64,000 bases of DNA from Octopus bimaculoides (GCF_001194135.2 NC_068997.1:8605720-8669719); one strand, 5' to 3'. Shown: positions 50,915 through 63,329, numbered from the stretch's first letter. Numbers and translations: made by a program. Notes: a model not told the origin generated them from the letters alone.

Positions 50915-51350
50915 ACATCATCATCATCATCGTCGTTTAACGTCCGCTTTCCATGCTAGCATGGGTTGGACGATTTGACTGAGGACTGGTGAAACCAGAT
51001 GGCTACACCAGGCTCCAATCTGATTTGGCAGAGTTTCTACAGCTGGATGCCCTTCCTAACGCCAACCACTCTGAGAGTGTAGTGGGTGCTTTTACATGCC
51101 ACCGGCACGAAGGCCAGTCAGGCGGTACTGGCAACGGCCACGCTCAAAATGGTGTATTTTATGTGCCANNNNNNNNNNAAAGTCCTTACACATGCCGCGG
51201 GCACAAGTGCCAGAAAGGCGTCGCTGGGCACAGATGCCATCACAATTTCGCTTTCGCTTGCCCCAATAAGTCTTTGCAAGCTGAGTTTCGTGTCCAATGA
51301 GGGAGACGACGTTGGCATGGGTGCCAGTCTTCGAATTTAGTTCGATTTCA
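50915..51350 (-). mobile_element. Family C (RTE-tail), long young copy
   Basis: (CAT)n-CGTTTAACGTCCGCTTTCCATGCTAGCATGGGTTGGACG..GGATGCCCTTCCTAACGCCAACCACTC on plus; CpGs retained. Confidence 0.85.
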
Positions 51351-52976
51351 CTTACCTCCCCTACTGAAAATCTTGAGAGTGATAAGGCAGATATGTATGG
51401 TTATATTTGACCAATTCTTGGCTTCTCCTGCTGTTCTGTGGATGCAACAAATGTATTGACTTGTCTTTCCTTCATGGTGTGGCCATGAATGGGAAGGTGG
51501 TAAGCACACATGGAGGCAAGGTATTTTCTTCTGGAAACAGTCCAGGTACAGCCGATGTGGTTAAGTTTCTGTCTCTCTAATACTGCCAACCAACAATGAA
51601 AAAAGGCCAGCCATAGTGTTTGTCTGCTTCTTATTCTCATTTGATATGTTTTTGACATTGAAAGCATTTTAATGGAGAAGTTGTTGTTTTTTTTTTATAT
51701 TCCCAATGTTCCATTTCGCATGAGGTTTTAGCATTTGACATTCTACTGTCTCTTTTATAAAAACAATATGGCTTGCTATATTTTGCTTTGTGTCAGGTTT
51801 TTCCATTCTGTATTGTTCAACTAAGAACTTAGACTTTACTTTGACATGTAGAAAAGTTTCAGTTATCATTGAAAATACTGTTAGAAAAATTTAAGAGATA
51901 AGTTTATGAAAGTTTGGCGGATTAAAATCAGAGGCACTAAAATAGTATTATTTGTCCGAATATTGGGAGGGGGGTGGAATTGTTGTTATGGATTTAGCAA
52001 AAGAATTTAATAAAGACATAAAATAAAATAAAATAAAAGTGAAAGATTAAGATGAACAAGTATAGAAAACTATATTTTTGGAAATAAATGGATAAAATGT
52101 CTTCAGCATATTCTTTAAAACCAAAAAGAGAATTTTTTTTTTTAACAGAAATTCATTTGACCTGTATTTCAGACCTTTAGTATGGTTCTGATTTATGCAA
52201 TAGATAAGATTAGAATCTATTGTAAGTGGATGGCAACCAAGGCAATCTTCACAGGGAAGACCATCATGATTGACAAAAAGTAGAAAGCGTTAGCTTACGA
52301 AAGGAATTATCAGACTTGGGAAATGTGATAGAACGGCAAAATGGTTAGATACTTCATAATGTTTGTTCTGGTTCCTTTTATTCTGAGTTCAAATCCTGCT
52401 GAGATGAACTTTGCCTTTCATCTCTCTGAGGTTGATTAAGTACCATCAGTCAAGTATTGAGTGAGGGCCAGTTCAGTCATTAACCCCCACCCTAAAATTT
52501 CTGGCATTGTACCAATATTAGAAATAACTACCTTCCCTTTCATCTCTCCAGGATCATTGAAATAATTAGCTATCAAATATAAGGGTTTGCTTAATTGACT
52601 CATCTCCTCTATTACCCTACCCCACTGTTGTAGCCATATTCCAATACAAGACTTGAAAATCATTAGCATACCTGACATTTTGTCTGTCTTTACATTCTGA
52701 GGTTGACTTTGCCTTTCATCCTTTCAGGGTCAGTAAAATAAGTACCAGCTGAACACTGGGGGTTAATGTAATGGACTGTTTCCTCCCGCAAAATTTCAGG
52801 TCTTGTGCCTACACTAGAAAGGATCATCATCATCATCATCATCATCATCATTAATAAAATAAAGAGCAGCAGAAACAGGGTGCCATACTAAGATGTTTAT
52901 TCTTTGCGAGGGTGTGGAGTTGGCAGAGTTGGAGAAAGTGACTTGTTTTTTTTCCTTCTAAGTTGGGTCCTTCCTT

Positions 52977-53206
52977 TTAACCCTTTCATTACCATATTTC
53001 TGTTGAGATGCTCTGTGTTTCTTTCAATTAATTTTAAATATAACAAAGAATTTAGTAAAATAACTTCGTTATCATTCAGCTAGTGTTAGGAACATAAATT
53101 GTGGCTAAGGTTTGGTGGAAGATTTTAATTCAAAACCTATGCTAACAAAACAGTTGTACTACTGAGCCAGAGCTGGTTTCAGCTGGGTTGGTATCGAAAG
53201 GTTTAA
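52977..53206. mobile_element. TTAA-flanked MITE family F
   Basis: TTAA-CCCTTTCATTACC ... GGTATCGAAAGGT-TTAA. Confidence 0.83.
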
Positions 53207-54550
53207 GGTTGATAAATATTCNNNNNNNNNNNNNNNNNNNNNNNNNNNNNNNNNNNNNNNNNNNNNNNNNNNNNNNNNNNNNNNNNNNNNNNNNNNNNNN
53301 NNNNNNNNNNNNNNNNNNNNNNNNNNNNNNNNNNNNNNNNNNNNNNNNNNNNNNNNNNNNNNNNNNNNNNNNNNNNNNNNNNNNNNNNNNNNNNNNNNNN
53401 NNNNNNNNNNNNNNNNNNNNNNNNNNNNNNNNNNNNNNNNNNNNNNNNNNNNNNNNNNNNNNNNNNNNNNNNNNNNNNNNNNNNNNNNNNNNNNNNNNNN
53501 NNNNNNNNNNNNNNNNNNNNNNNNNNNNNNNNNNNNNNNNNNNNNNNNNNNNNNNNNNNNNNNNNNNNNNNNNNNNNNNNNNNNNNNNNNNNNNNNNNNN
53601 NNNNNNNNNNNNNNNNNNNNNNNNNNNNNNNNNNNNNNNNNNNNNNNNNNNNNNNNNNNNNNNNNNNNNNNNNNNNNNNNNNNNNNNNNNNNNNNNNNNN
53701 NNNNNNNNNNNNNNNNNNNNNNNNNNNNNNNNNNNNNNNNNNNNNNNNNNNNNNNNNNNNNNNNNNNNNNNNNNNNNNNNNNNNNNNNNNNNNNNNNNNN
53801 NNNNNNNNNNNNNNNNNNNNNNNNNNNNNNNNNNNNNNNNNNNNNNNNTTTTTTTTTTTTTTTTTTTTGTTATTTGTCCTTGTAACGTCTCCCTCAACCT
53901 GTGTCCTTCAGGCAAATAAAAGAAATCATTAATTATAATTATTGTTTACTGCCTTGTTTTGTTTTTTGTTTTTGTTTAGGATATTATGCTAGAGATTGTT
54001 GTTGCCTTTGGATATGAATCACAACTAATAATCTAGTAACCCTAATATATATTTTATTTCATGTTGCTTTAGATCTTCCTTATATTAAAAAAAAAAAACA
54101 AGAAAAATTATTCAAAATGACTTTTCCTGTATCGATTTATTAATAACTTTTTTTTCTTCTTTTGTGTGTGCGAGTATCACTGGCTAATTCCTCTCTCTCT
54201 CTCTCTCTCTCTTTCTTTTATGTCATACAATTATATAAATGAACCATCCCCATTATACATAATATTAACGTGCATCTAACCAGTGACTGTATTCATGCAC
54301 ATATGCACACATACATGCATATCCAACACAGGGAGATTTTTCATTAAAACCCTAAGATAAAAGTAAGCAATGCAATCAACTGTTTGTTGATAGCGTTTGA
54401 ATCAGAAAATGAATCAGTTGTGTAAAAGGAGGGAAAATCGGTTATTTAGCATCTTGTAAGATAGAGTCAACAAATTTTATTTCTTTTCCATCCAAGCAAA
54501 TTGATGAACTGAATCATATGCATTTATTTAAACAGTATCAGTGAGACAAA

Positions 54551-54730
54551 GGTGGGGAGTTGGCAGAAACGTGAGCACGCCGGGCGAAATGCTTAGCGGT
54601 GTTTCATCTGTCTTTACGTTCTGAGTTCAAATTCCGCCGAGGTTGACTTTGCCTTTCATCCTTTCGGGGTCGATCTAATCGACTGGTCCCCTCCCCCAAC
54701 AATTTTGGGTCTTGTGCCTAGAGTAGAAAA
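54551..54730 (+). mobile_element. Family-B SINE with 16-bp TSD and an internal deletion
   Basis: TSD GTATCAGTGAGACAAA (54535-54550 and 54731-54746). Confidence 0.92.
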
Positions 54731-54904
54731 GTATCAGTGAGACAAACCAAGCCAAATATTCTGTGAGTCACTCTGGAGTGAGATTTGGCTCAGGTTTAGA
54801 AGATTGATACCAAACTGTCCAAAACCACCCTTGATTTTATGCTTCGGACCTCAACTTTTAAAGTGGTCTAAATTAAAACTTCTTATTTAAATTTCATGTT
54901 ATAT

Positions 54905-55070
54905 AGGCGCAGGAGTGGCTGTGTGGTAAGTAGCTTGCTTACCAACCACATGGTTCCGGGTTCAGTCCCACTGTGTGGCACCTTGGGCAAGCGTCTTCAA
55001 CTATAGCCTCGGGCCAACCAAAGCTTTGTGAGTGGATTTGGTAGACGGAAACTGAAAGAAGCCCGTCGTG

Positions 55071-55107
<37 letters not shown>

Positions 55108-55344
55108 NNNNNNNNNNNNNNNNNNTGTGTGTGTGTGTGTGTGTGTGTCTGTGTTTGTTCCCCCAACATCGCTTGACAACCGATGCTGGTGTGTTTACGT
55201 CCCCCGTAACTTACTGGTTTGGCAAAAGAGACTGATAGAATAAGTACTAGGCTTCCAAAGAATAAGTCCTGGGGTCAATTTTCTCGATTAAAGGCGGTGC
55301 TCCAGCATGGCCGCAGTCAAATGACTGAAACAAGTAAAAGAGTA
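54905..55344 (+). mobile_element. Family-A SINE, young and full length
   Basis: Full head to tail match; N-gap inside the internal microsatellite. Confidence 0.92.
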
Positions 55345-55369
55345 TTATGCTCCAAAACAGTAGCTTGAG

Positions 55370-55538
55370 CCTTTAGCTTTCAGATTACACTATCAAATGT
55401 AATGCTTATTTATTCGCATTGTTTTGAATTAATAATACATTGTAGGGTAGATGTTAAAGGCTGGATCTGGCTGGTTTGAATATAAAGCAGGTAAAATATT
55501 TAGGCTGGATATGGCCGGTTTGAATGCTAAAGGGTTAA
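55370..55538. mobile_element. Family-E MITE, internally deleted
   Basis: Ends GAATGCTAAAGGGTTAA; about 55 bp shorter than 39400-39626. Confidence 0.75.
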
Positions 55539-56867
55539 TATTGATGGAGTTATTTTCAAAATTGATTAAACAATAAATGGTAGCATAAAGGTTAAATTAC
55601 CATCTTGGCCTAAAATGCTAAAAAAAAAAAAAAATTATGACTTGACAAACTGCTTGTGACATTTTCATGTTACTCAGAAGTACTTAGAGCATGAAAAAGT
55701 TTGGGATTTCTTAGCTAATTTGAACCTAAGGTAGTTGCTTTTGAAACCCAGCTGTATTTATATAGGATATATAGCATAAGTTGGCTATGAAGAGTAATGA
55801 AATCCATTTAGGCCTTTTTTTCTCCTCAATTCACAAGGCTGGGACTGAACCCAGACCACATGGTTGGGAAGCAAACATTTTACCACAGAACCACACCTGC
55901 ATGTAAGTAAATTTATGCAACATATAACAGCAAAGGAAAATGTTTGTTCAAAATAATGATGGTGATGGTGACAATCCTATTATACATTTTGACACAGACA
56001 TTGATTTATAAAGTTAATCATGTTGAAGTAATATTAAGATCTATATCTTGGATCACCAACCCAACCCAGCCATGACAACCACCTGTTTCAGCATTGGCAG
56101 AATTATAGTGTCAGGAGCTGAAAGAGACAAGTCATGGGTTAATGTCATTTTCTTTAGACAAAATTCTTTCAACTTCTTCGTAAATACTTTGTCTTATATT
56201 AGTCGTAAAATTACTGCCATAAAATAGCGCCATCTGTCATGTTCACAGATGTCAGTTCATTCCCATTGATGTCCTTCAAGTTCTTTTCTCTCTCCTTGGG
56301 GTTTTTTTTTACCCAATATTCTACACGGTATCGTTTATAGCTTTATCTGCTTTAAGTTTCACATTAAAATTATTTATTTGTTGTAAAGAATAAAAAGTTT
56401 AGAATGGTATAACAATGCACTATAGAACTAAAAATGGACTATATACTTGTTGTAACTTGGTTATCTATAGTCCGATGATATTTCGGAATTACAATTCCTT
56501 CTTCAGATCTTATTTGCTGGAGTCTCTTTCTTGAAGTTTGTAAAAAGAAATTTTTGCTTCACTGTTCCTCATTCTGGGCTGTCTTTCCTTCCGCTTCCAA
56601 AACATCTTTGGTTTTGTCATCGATGCTTCTGTGACTTTTTTTTTTTCTAGGTAGGGAGGTTGGTCCAACACAAACCCCGCTTTTTTTTTTTTAAATTCTG
56701 GGAAGAGGTGGTCCATATTAGTCTGGCCTCTCTATTCTTTGAGACTTTATCCTGCATGGGGGTGGGTGGGGGCTACCAGGAACTTGAGCTGTGCTGGCAT
56801 AGCTCTCAAGATCATTGAGGGAGGCAATCAAGTCATCACACCACAAAGAATGCACCTTGTAGTGGAT

Positions 56868-57003
56868 TTACTTTTAGCACGCTGTATGCGCATCATGTCA
56901 CTATGCAAGTTTTCTCCCCTCCTAATGCAACATAATGCCCCTGCAGCTACAGGGGAGAAAATTCATACAGTGATATGATGCACACAAGCATGCTAAAGGT
57001 TAA
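56868..57003. mobile_element. Short fold-back element with roughly 50-bp arms (probably a TTAA-type MITE)
   Basis: 56871-56920 pairs with 56951-57000; the right end reads GCTAAAGG-TTAA. Confidence 0.65.
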
Positions 57004-57402
57004 AATAGTCTAAGTATGAATTTATTTATTCTTTGATTAGTTGTTGTCATTGTACTGTGGCCATACTGGAGCACTGCCTTCAAGTTTTGAGTCAATCATA
57101 TTGATCCCGTTTCTTTATTGAGATATAAAGTTAGAGGACACAAAGTGACATGCAAACACAACAATGATTTTAACCAGTGTATACACATACATACATAAAT
57201 ACACATGTACATACATGCCTACATACATATACACAGATACACACAGATAACTGTGGTTAAGAAGCTCACTTTGCAACCACATGGTTTCAGGTTCGGTCCC
57301 ACTGTGCAGCACCCTCAGTACATATCTTCTACTACAGCCCTGAGCCAACCATTGCCTTGTGAGTGAATTTGATGCAAGGAATTTGTGTGGAAATCCATCC
57401 TC

Positions 57403-57444
<42 letters not shown>

Positions 57445-57663
57445 AGCTTATATATCTTCTCTCCACTGCTTGGTAACCAATGTTTGTTTACATCCCTGTA
57501 ACATAGCAGTTCAGCAAAAGAGATTGATAGAATAAGTACTTGGGTTAGAAACATAAGTTGATTTGATTGACTAAACCCTTCAAGGCAGTGCCCCAGCATG
57601 GCCGCAGTGCAGTCAGTGACTGAAACAAGTGAAAGGTAAAAGAGTATGTACATACATACATAC

Positions 57664-57777
57664 ATACACAATACATACTTACATACACAATACATACATA
57701 CATACACAATACATACTTACATACACAATACATACTTACATACACAATACATTCTTACATACACAATACATTCTTAC
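57664..57777. repeat. 19-bp minisatellite ATACACAATACATACTTAC, 6 copies
   Basis: Six units parsed directly, embedded in (ATAC)n. Confidence 0.92.
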
Positions 57778-58589
57778 ATACATGCTGGTACCACGTCTAA
57801 AGCACTCAGTCCACTCTGTAGTGTAGGGGAGTTGGTGTTAGGAAGGGCATCCAGCCTTAAAAACAGACAGCGGAGCCTAGTGCAGTGTTCTGCCTAGCCA
57901 ACCCATGTCATGACAATGATACACACGTATGCCTGATGGGCTCCTTCACAAAGTCCACTCACAAGGGCTTTGGCCAAACTTTAGGTTACAGTATAAGACT
58001 CTTGACCTCGGTGCCATGCAGAAGAATCGATCTCAGAACCACACAGTCATGAAATGAACGTCTTCACTACCTGGCTACGCATGCACTTGAGTATATTTGT
58101 ATGTGTATATTTCAGTGTGTGTGAGTGTGTGAAGCATGTATGTGTGTATGTATATTTAATCATTGAGCATGTTGTGTCTTAATTATATTACATAAGTTTA
58201 TCAAACTATTGAAGTTCAATCATTAGAAAGTAACTTTTTAGTGCAGCTAAAATGTATTTGAATAATCAAATATTCCCAAATGTTGGCGATGATTGCATTC
58301 TGGATTTTAGAGGCAAGTGCTCCTAGATTTGAATTGTCAAGAGATAATAGAAATGTGATTAAATTGTCAACAACATTTTCTTGATAACTTTTCCCTGGGA
58401 GCAGTACACGTCTTCTTTGTGAAGTTGATTTTATCGTATAATGCTTTTATTTTTTTTTTTTTGGTTTTTATTTTTTTCATTTTATATTGTTTAATCTGTC
58501 TTTCACAAACTCTTCTGAGAATTTCACCAATCCTCCGCCACCTCCTTCCTCCCCATCCCTTTTCTCCAATATCCTCACCAGCCCCACTG

Positions 58590-58627
<38 letters not shown>

Positions 58628-59321
58628 ACTTCTAAGAATAAATGATAAATAAAAATAGAAAAGGATTTTGATTGCTGTATTTAAAANNNNNNNNNNTTGA
58701 TTGCTGTATTTAAAACTGCCTTTTTTTTTTGTTGTTCCTGTTTTGTTTTTTTTTGTTGTTCCTGTTTTTTTTTTTGTTCCTTTCCTGCAACTAATGCATG
58801 TGATGTTTTGTAAAAGAATTTCTGTGAAGATGTTACTCCTGTTTCATGTTCTTTCTCTGTCACTGTTTAGGTCCTTACATAATTAAACTATTACGCAACT
58901 ACACAGAATTTGTCTCTCCCTCCCTCCCCCTCCCTCTCTCTGTGACCATTTATAAAAGAAGCACTGTTTCCATTCATTCAGTTAGTCTCTCACTCTGCCT
59001 CAATATATTTACGTCAGGTTTCTTCAACAGTTTTGAATTAACATTTGATTGAAGGATAGAGTTATGCAAATAATATCTTCTTGCTTTCAGTCTTTTACTT
59101 GTGACAGTCATTGGACTGTGGCCATGCTAGGGCACCACCTTGAAGGGTTTAATCAAAGAGATCATCACCCGTACTTGTTTTTTTTTTTTAAAGCCTGGTA
59201 CTTATTATATTCGGCTTTTTTGGCGAACCACTAAGTTATAGGGACATAAACAAATCAACACAGGTTATTAAGCAGTGGTGGAGGACAAACTCCTAGGTGT
59301 GTGTGGGCCTCTTTCAGGTTC

Positions 59322-59550
59322 TTATTTATTTATTGCCCTCAAGGGGCTAAACATAGAGGGGACAAACAAGGACAGACAAAGGGATTAAGTCAATTACATC
59401 GAGCCCAGTGCGTAACTGGTACTTAATTTATCGACCCCGAAAGGATGAAAGGCAAAGTCAACCTTGGCGGAATTTGAACTCAGAATGTAACGGCAGACGA
59501 AATACCGCTAAGCATTTCACCCGGCGTGCTAACGCTTCTGCCAGCTCATC
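59322..59550 (-). mobile_element. B3 SINE nested in a minus-strand family-A SINE, 15-bp TSD
   Basis: TSD GCCTCTTTCAGGTTC (59307-59321) / GCCTCTTTCAGTTTC (59551-59565); the host A spans about 59080-59700. Confidence 0.9.
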
Positions 59551-59939
59551 GCCTCTTTCAGTTTCTGCTTACCCAATCCTGAGGCTATAGTACTATAGTA
59601 GAAGACACCTGCCCCAAGGTACCACACAGTGAGACTGAACCCTAAACCATGTGGTTGAGAAACAAGCTTCTTACCACATAACCACATCTGCACCTATAAA
59701 CATAAATGGTAAACAAGTCATTATTCGCACGGTATGTGTTAACCAGGTACACACAATCTGTTACCATTGTTCACTGCAATATCAACTCCAATTTCAAGAT
59801 TGCATATCAAAAGAAATAGATAGGTTTTATTCTTCTTTTTAATCGATAGCTTACCTGTATGTAATTTAGCTTAAACTTTATTGTTTCTAAAATACTTACT
59901 CACACCAGGCCAGGAATTCTGTAAGGCAATTTAAATAAA

Positions 59940-60475
59940 TGAAATCTGTGTCAAGCCTTCACCCACAACTCACCTTTTGACACCCATTCCACCATCAATC
60001 TTCTCAGTTACCCTATTTCCTTCCCTCACTTTCCCTCCACTAAACTGCTATTTCCTGAGCCCGACTCATTCCCTATCTCTAATCATTTGTCACACTATTC
60101 TCATCCTTGTGTGCATTCTTACCTCCACATCCATCTTTTGTCTTCCTCTATCCTATTCTTGTCTTTCATATTCGTCTTGTACCTTGATCTCACATATCTC
60201 CTCCTCCCCCGATGGGCAAGCCATGTATTCACCTCCTGACCCTCTCCTCTAGTTTCTTACCTCTCAGTACCCTAACCCCTCGTAGTAGAGGGGTCTTGTC
60301 TTAAAGATACTTGGTGACCTCACCAGTACAGGTGCCATGAAAAACAAAGCACCCAGTACACTCTGTGAAGTTGCTGGCATTAGGAAGGGCATCCAGTCAT
60401 AGAAACCATGCCAAAAACAGACATTGGAACTTGGCACAGTTCTTTGGCTTGTCTATCCATGCTGAACCATTGAAC
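59940..60475 (+). mobile_element. Probable LINE 3' UTR remnant: pyrimidine-rich tract ending in the family C tail
   Basis: C/T-rich 59950-60290 continues into AAAGCACCCAGTACACTC..AGGAAGGGCATCC. Confidence 0.5.
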
Positions 60476-60478
60476 CCA

Positions 60479-60520
<42 letters not shown>

Positions 60521-61151
60521 GAAAGCGACGAGCTGGGCGAAATGCTTAGCAGTATTTTGTCTGTCGCTACATTCTGTGTTCCAATTCTGAGGTCGACTTT
60601 GCCTTTCACCCTTTTGGGGGTTCAATAAAATAAGTACCAGTTGAATACTGGGGCCAATGTAATCAACTCGTCCTCACTTCCCTCAAGCTGCCCTTGTAGC
60701 ATAAATTTGAAATAATTATTATTATTATTATGAAGGCAATGAGCTGGCAGACTCATTAACGTGTTGGGCNNNNNNNNNNNNNNNNNNNNNNNNNNNNNNN
60801 NNNNNNNNNNNNNNNNNNNNNNNNNNNNNNNNNNNNNNNNNNNNNNNNNNNNNNNNNNNNNNNNNNNNNNNNNNNNNNNNNNNNNNNNNNNNNNNNNNNN
60901 NNNNNNNNNNNNNNNNNNNNNNNNNNNNNNNNNNNNNNNNNNNNNNNNNNNNNNNNNNNNNNNNNNNNNNNNNNNNNNNNNNNNNNNNNNNNNNNNNNNN
61001 NNNNNNNNNNNNNNNNNNNNNNNNNNNNNNNNNNNNNNNNNNNNNNNNNNNNNNNNNNNNNNNNNNNNNNNNNNNNNNNNNNNNNNNNNNNNNNNNNNNN
61101 NNNNNNNNNNNNNNNNNNNNNNNNNNNNNNNNNNNNNNNNNNNNNNNNNNN

Positions 61152-61182
<31 letters not shown>

Positions 61183-61553
61183 TTATGTTTGACTTTTGCT
61201 TTGCATTTGTACAAGTTGGCTCCAAGTGTCACCCAGAGACCTCAAGAGACAACAAGTTAGAAGTTCATGTTGGTGCTATGCCTAGGGTGTCATATATCTG
61301 GTTTTGTACATAGTGTTGTTCTAGAGAATGTTTAAGAAACCATAAGAAAATGATGAGTTTGTTTTAAGATTTAGGATTACATAGACAGTATTTTACGTAG
61401 GATATGGGCAGTTCCCATGAGCACTATCTTTTGAATTTCTGCCATTTTGGGGTTTCTTGATATCTGAGCTAGGTAGCAATCAGCCCCTTTTGATATCATT
61501 CCTAGGGCACCTATGACAACAGGTATTGTTTTAGTCTTCAGGTTCCACATTTT
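61183..61553 (-). mobile_element. R4/Dong-like non-LTR retrotransposon 3' end, flanked by (TAA)n on both sides
   Basis: KMWNLKTKTIPVVIGALGMISKG..EIQKIVLMGTAHILRKILSM* (stop at 61377) resembles the end of restriction-like-endonuclease LINE ORFs; (TAA)n at 61152-61182 and 61554-61607. Confidence 0.75.
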
Positions 61554-61575
61554 ATTATTATTATTATCATCATCA

Positions 61576-61609
<34 letters not shown>

Positions 61610-61611
61610 GA

Positions 61612-62065
61612 CAGCAACCCGGCAGAATAGTTAGCATGCCAGGCGAAATGCATAGTGGTATTCTGTCTGTCTTTACTTTCTGAGCTCAAATTCTGCTTAG
61701 GTCAACTTTGCTTTCATCCTTTTGGGGGAGGGGGTCATTGAAATAAGTACCAGTTATGCACTGGGACCGATGTAATTGTGCTTATAGTAGTAAGGATTAT
61801 TATTATTATCATTATTATTATTATTATTACTACTACTACTACTACTATTATTGTTATTATTATTATTATTAGCACTGGACATGTCTTGCTGTGTTTGTTC
61901 TGGTATTTTACATTCTGAGTTCAAATCCCTCTGGAGTCAACTTTACTTTTCATCTCTCCTGGGATCAATAAAACAAAGTATCAGTGAAAGTACTGGGGGT
62001 CGTTTTGATTGATTATTTCCCCCCCTCCCCTCAAATTACTGGCCTTGTGCCTAAATTTGAAATAA
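61612..62065 (+). mobile_element. Two family-B SINEs separated by (ATT)n/(ACT)n
   Basis: Two B cores with tails. Confidence 0.75.
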
Positions 62066-63329
62066 TTATCAGTTCTCACTTACTTGTTTTTTTGTTTTTA
62101 TTTTTGCTAATTAATATTTGCAACCTGCCAGTGCTTTTTTTTTTCTTCTCCCTTCATCCAATGTGTGAACGAGCTTGCAAAGATCATTCGCTGCTGCTGG
62201 TGGTGGTGGTGGTGGACGATATTATTGCTGTTGTTGTTGTTGCTACCATCAGCGCTATTGATTGCCTACCTTCCCCATGGAAAGGCCAGATGTGTGTGAG
62301 GTGTGTTGATAGAATGATAGAGATGGTGGTGGCAGGGTGAGGGAGAGACAGACAGACAGACAGAGAGAAAAAGAGTGAGTGAGTGAAACTAGGCATCTGT
62401 GGTAGAGGGGTGAGGAGAGGGGGTAAGATCTAGAATATATCATCTTGGCAGCTGGTGTTTACTTTTTGTTTCTCTTTTTCTTTTTTCTTTTCCAAGTCTG
62501 CATTCATGGATCAGTTATGATGGTGATGGTGATGATGATGATGATGATGATCTGTGTGTGTGTGGGGGGTTCGTTGTTGTTGTTGTTGTTGTTATTGCTG
62601 TTGTTACTACTGCTAGCTTGGAGGACTAACCATGATTACAAAACCTTGCTTTGTTCTTTCTAAAGATTCCCTCTTCTCCTCCTCCTCCTCCTCCTCCTCC
62701 CTCTTTCTCTTGCTTTCTCTCTCTCTCCCCCCTACAGTAACTACCATCTAATACACACACACACACACACACACATGCATTACATTATTGTTTCCTGTCA
62801 TCAATCCACACTTCCTACCAACCATGCTGTGTTTAGTCCAGGTTGTTGTTGATTGGAAAGGGTTGGCTGGCCAGTCTAGGGAGTAAGTTTGTGTGTGTGT
62901 GTGTGGTGGGGATTTTATATGTACTTGATGAAGTAGGCTGCCTCTTCCACGATCTTTTCTCNNNNNNNNNNNNNNNNNNNNNNNNNNNNNNNNNNNNNNN
63001 NNNNNNNNNNNNNNNNNNNNNNNNNNNNNNNNNNNNNNNNNNNNNNNNNNNNNNNNNNNNNNNNNNNNNNNNNNNNNNNNNNNNNNNNNNNNNNNNNNNN
63101 NNNNNNNNNNNNNNNNNNNNNNNNNNNNNNNNNNNNNNNNNNNNNNNNNNNNNNNNNNNNNNNNNNNNNNNNNNNNTAGTATTTATTCATTAATTGATAG
63201 CAACTCATGACCATACAATAGATCAGAATTTGGTCCCTAGACCTATGAGGTTCCTCTGGCAAATCAACTCTCACTAGGCCCTAGAATATTTTAGTGACAC
63301 CAGGCCACAGCACACCTGCTGGTGCTGGA

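Larger units (their letters stand above)
10752..63176. other. Assembly gaps (N runs): 10752-11515, 13477-13901, 15323-15332, 27803-28610, 33028-33037, 35576-35867, 43105-43193, 51169-51178, 53222-53848, 55108-55125, 58686-58696, 60770-61151, 62962-63176
   Basis: Direct observation; most abut microsatellites or repeats. Confidence 0.97.

Noticed and set aside
51401-51667. 88-aa minus ORF with acceptor and a downstream GTAAGT
   Set aside because: No recognisable homology, and the donor lies in the edge of the family C repeat.
58667-58716. Direct repeat TTGATTGCTGTATTTAAAA on both sides of a short gap
   Set aside because: Typical unmerged contig overlap; assembly artefact.
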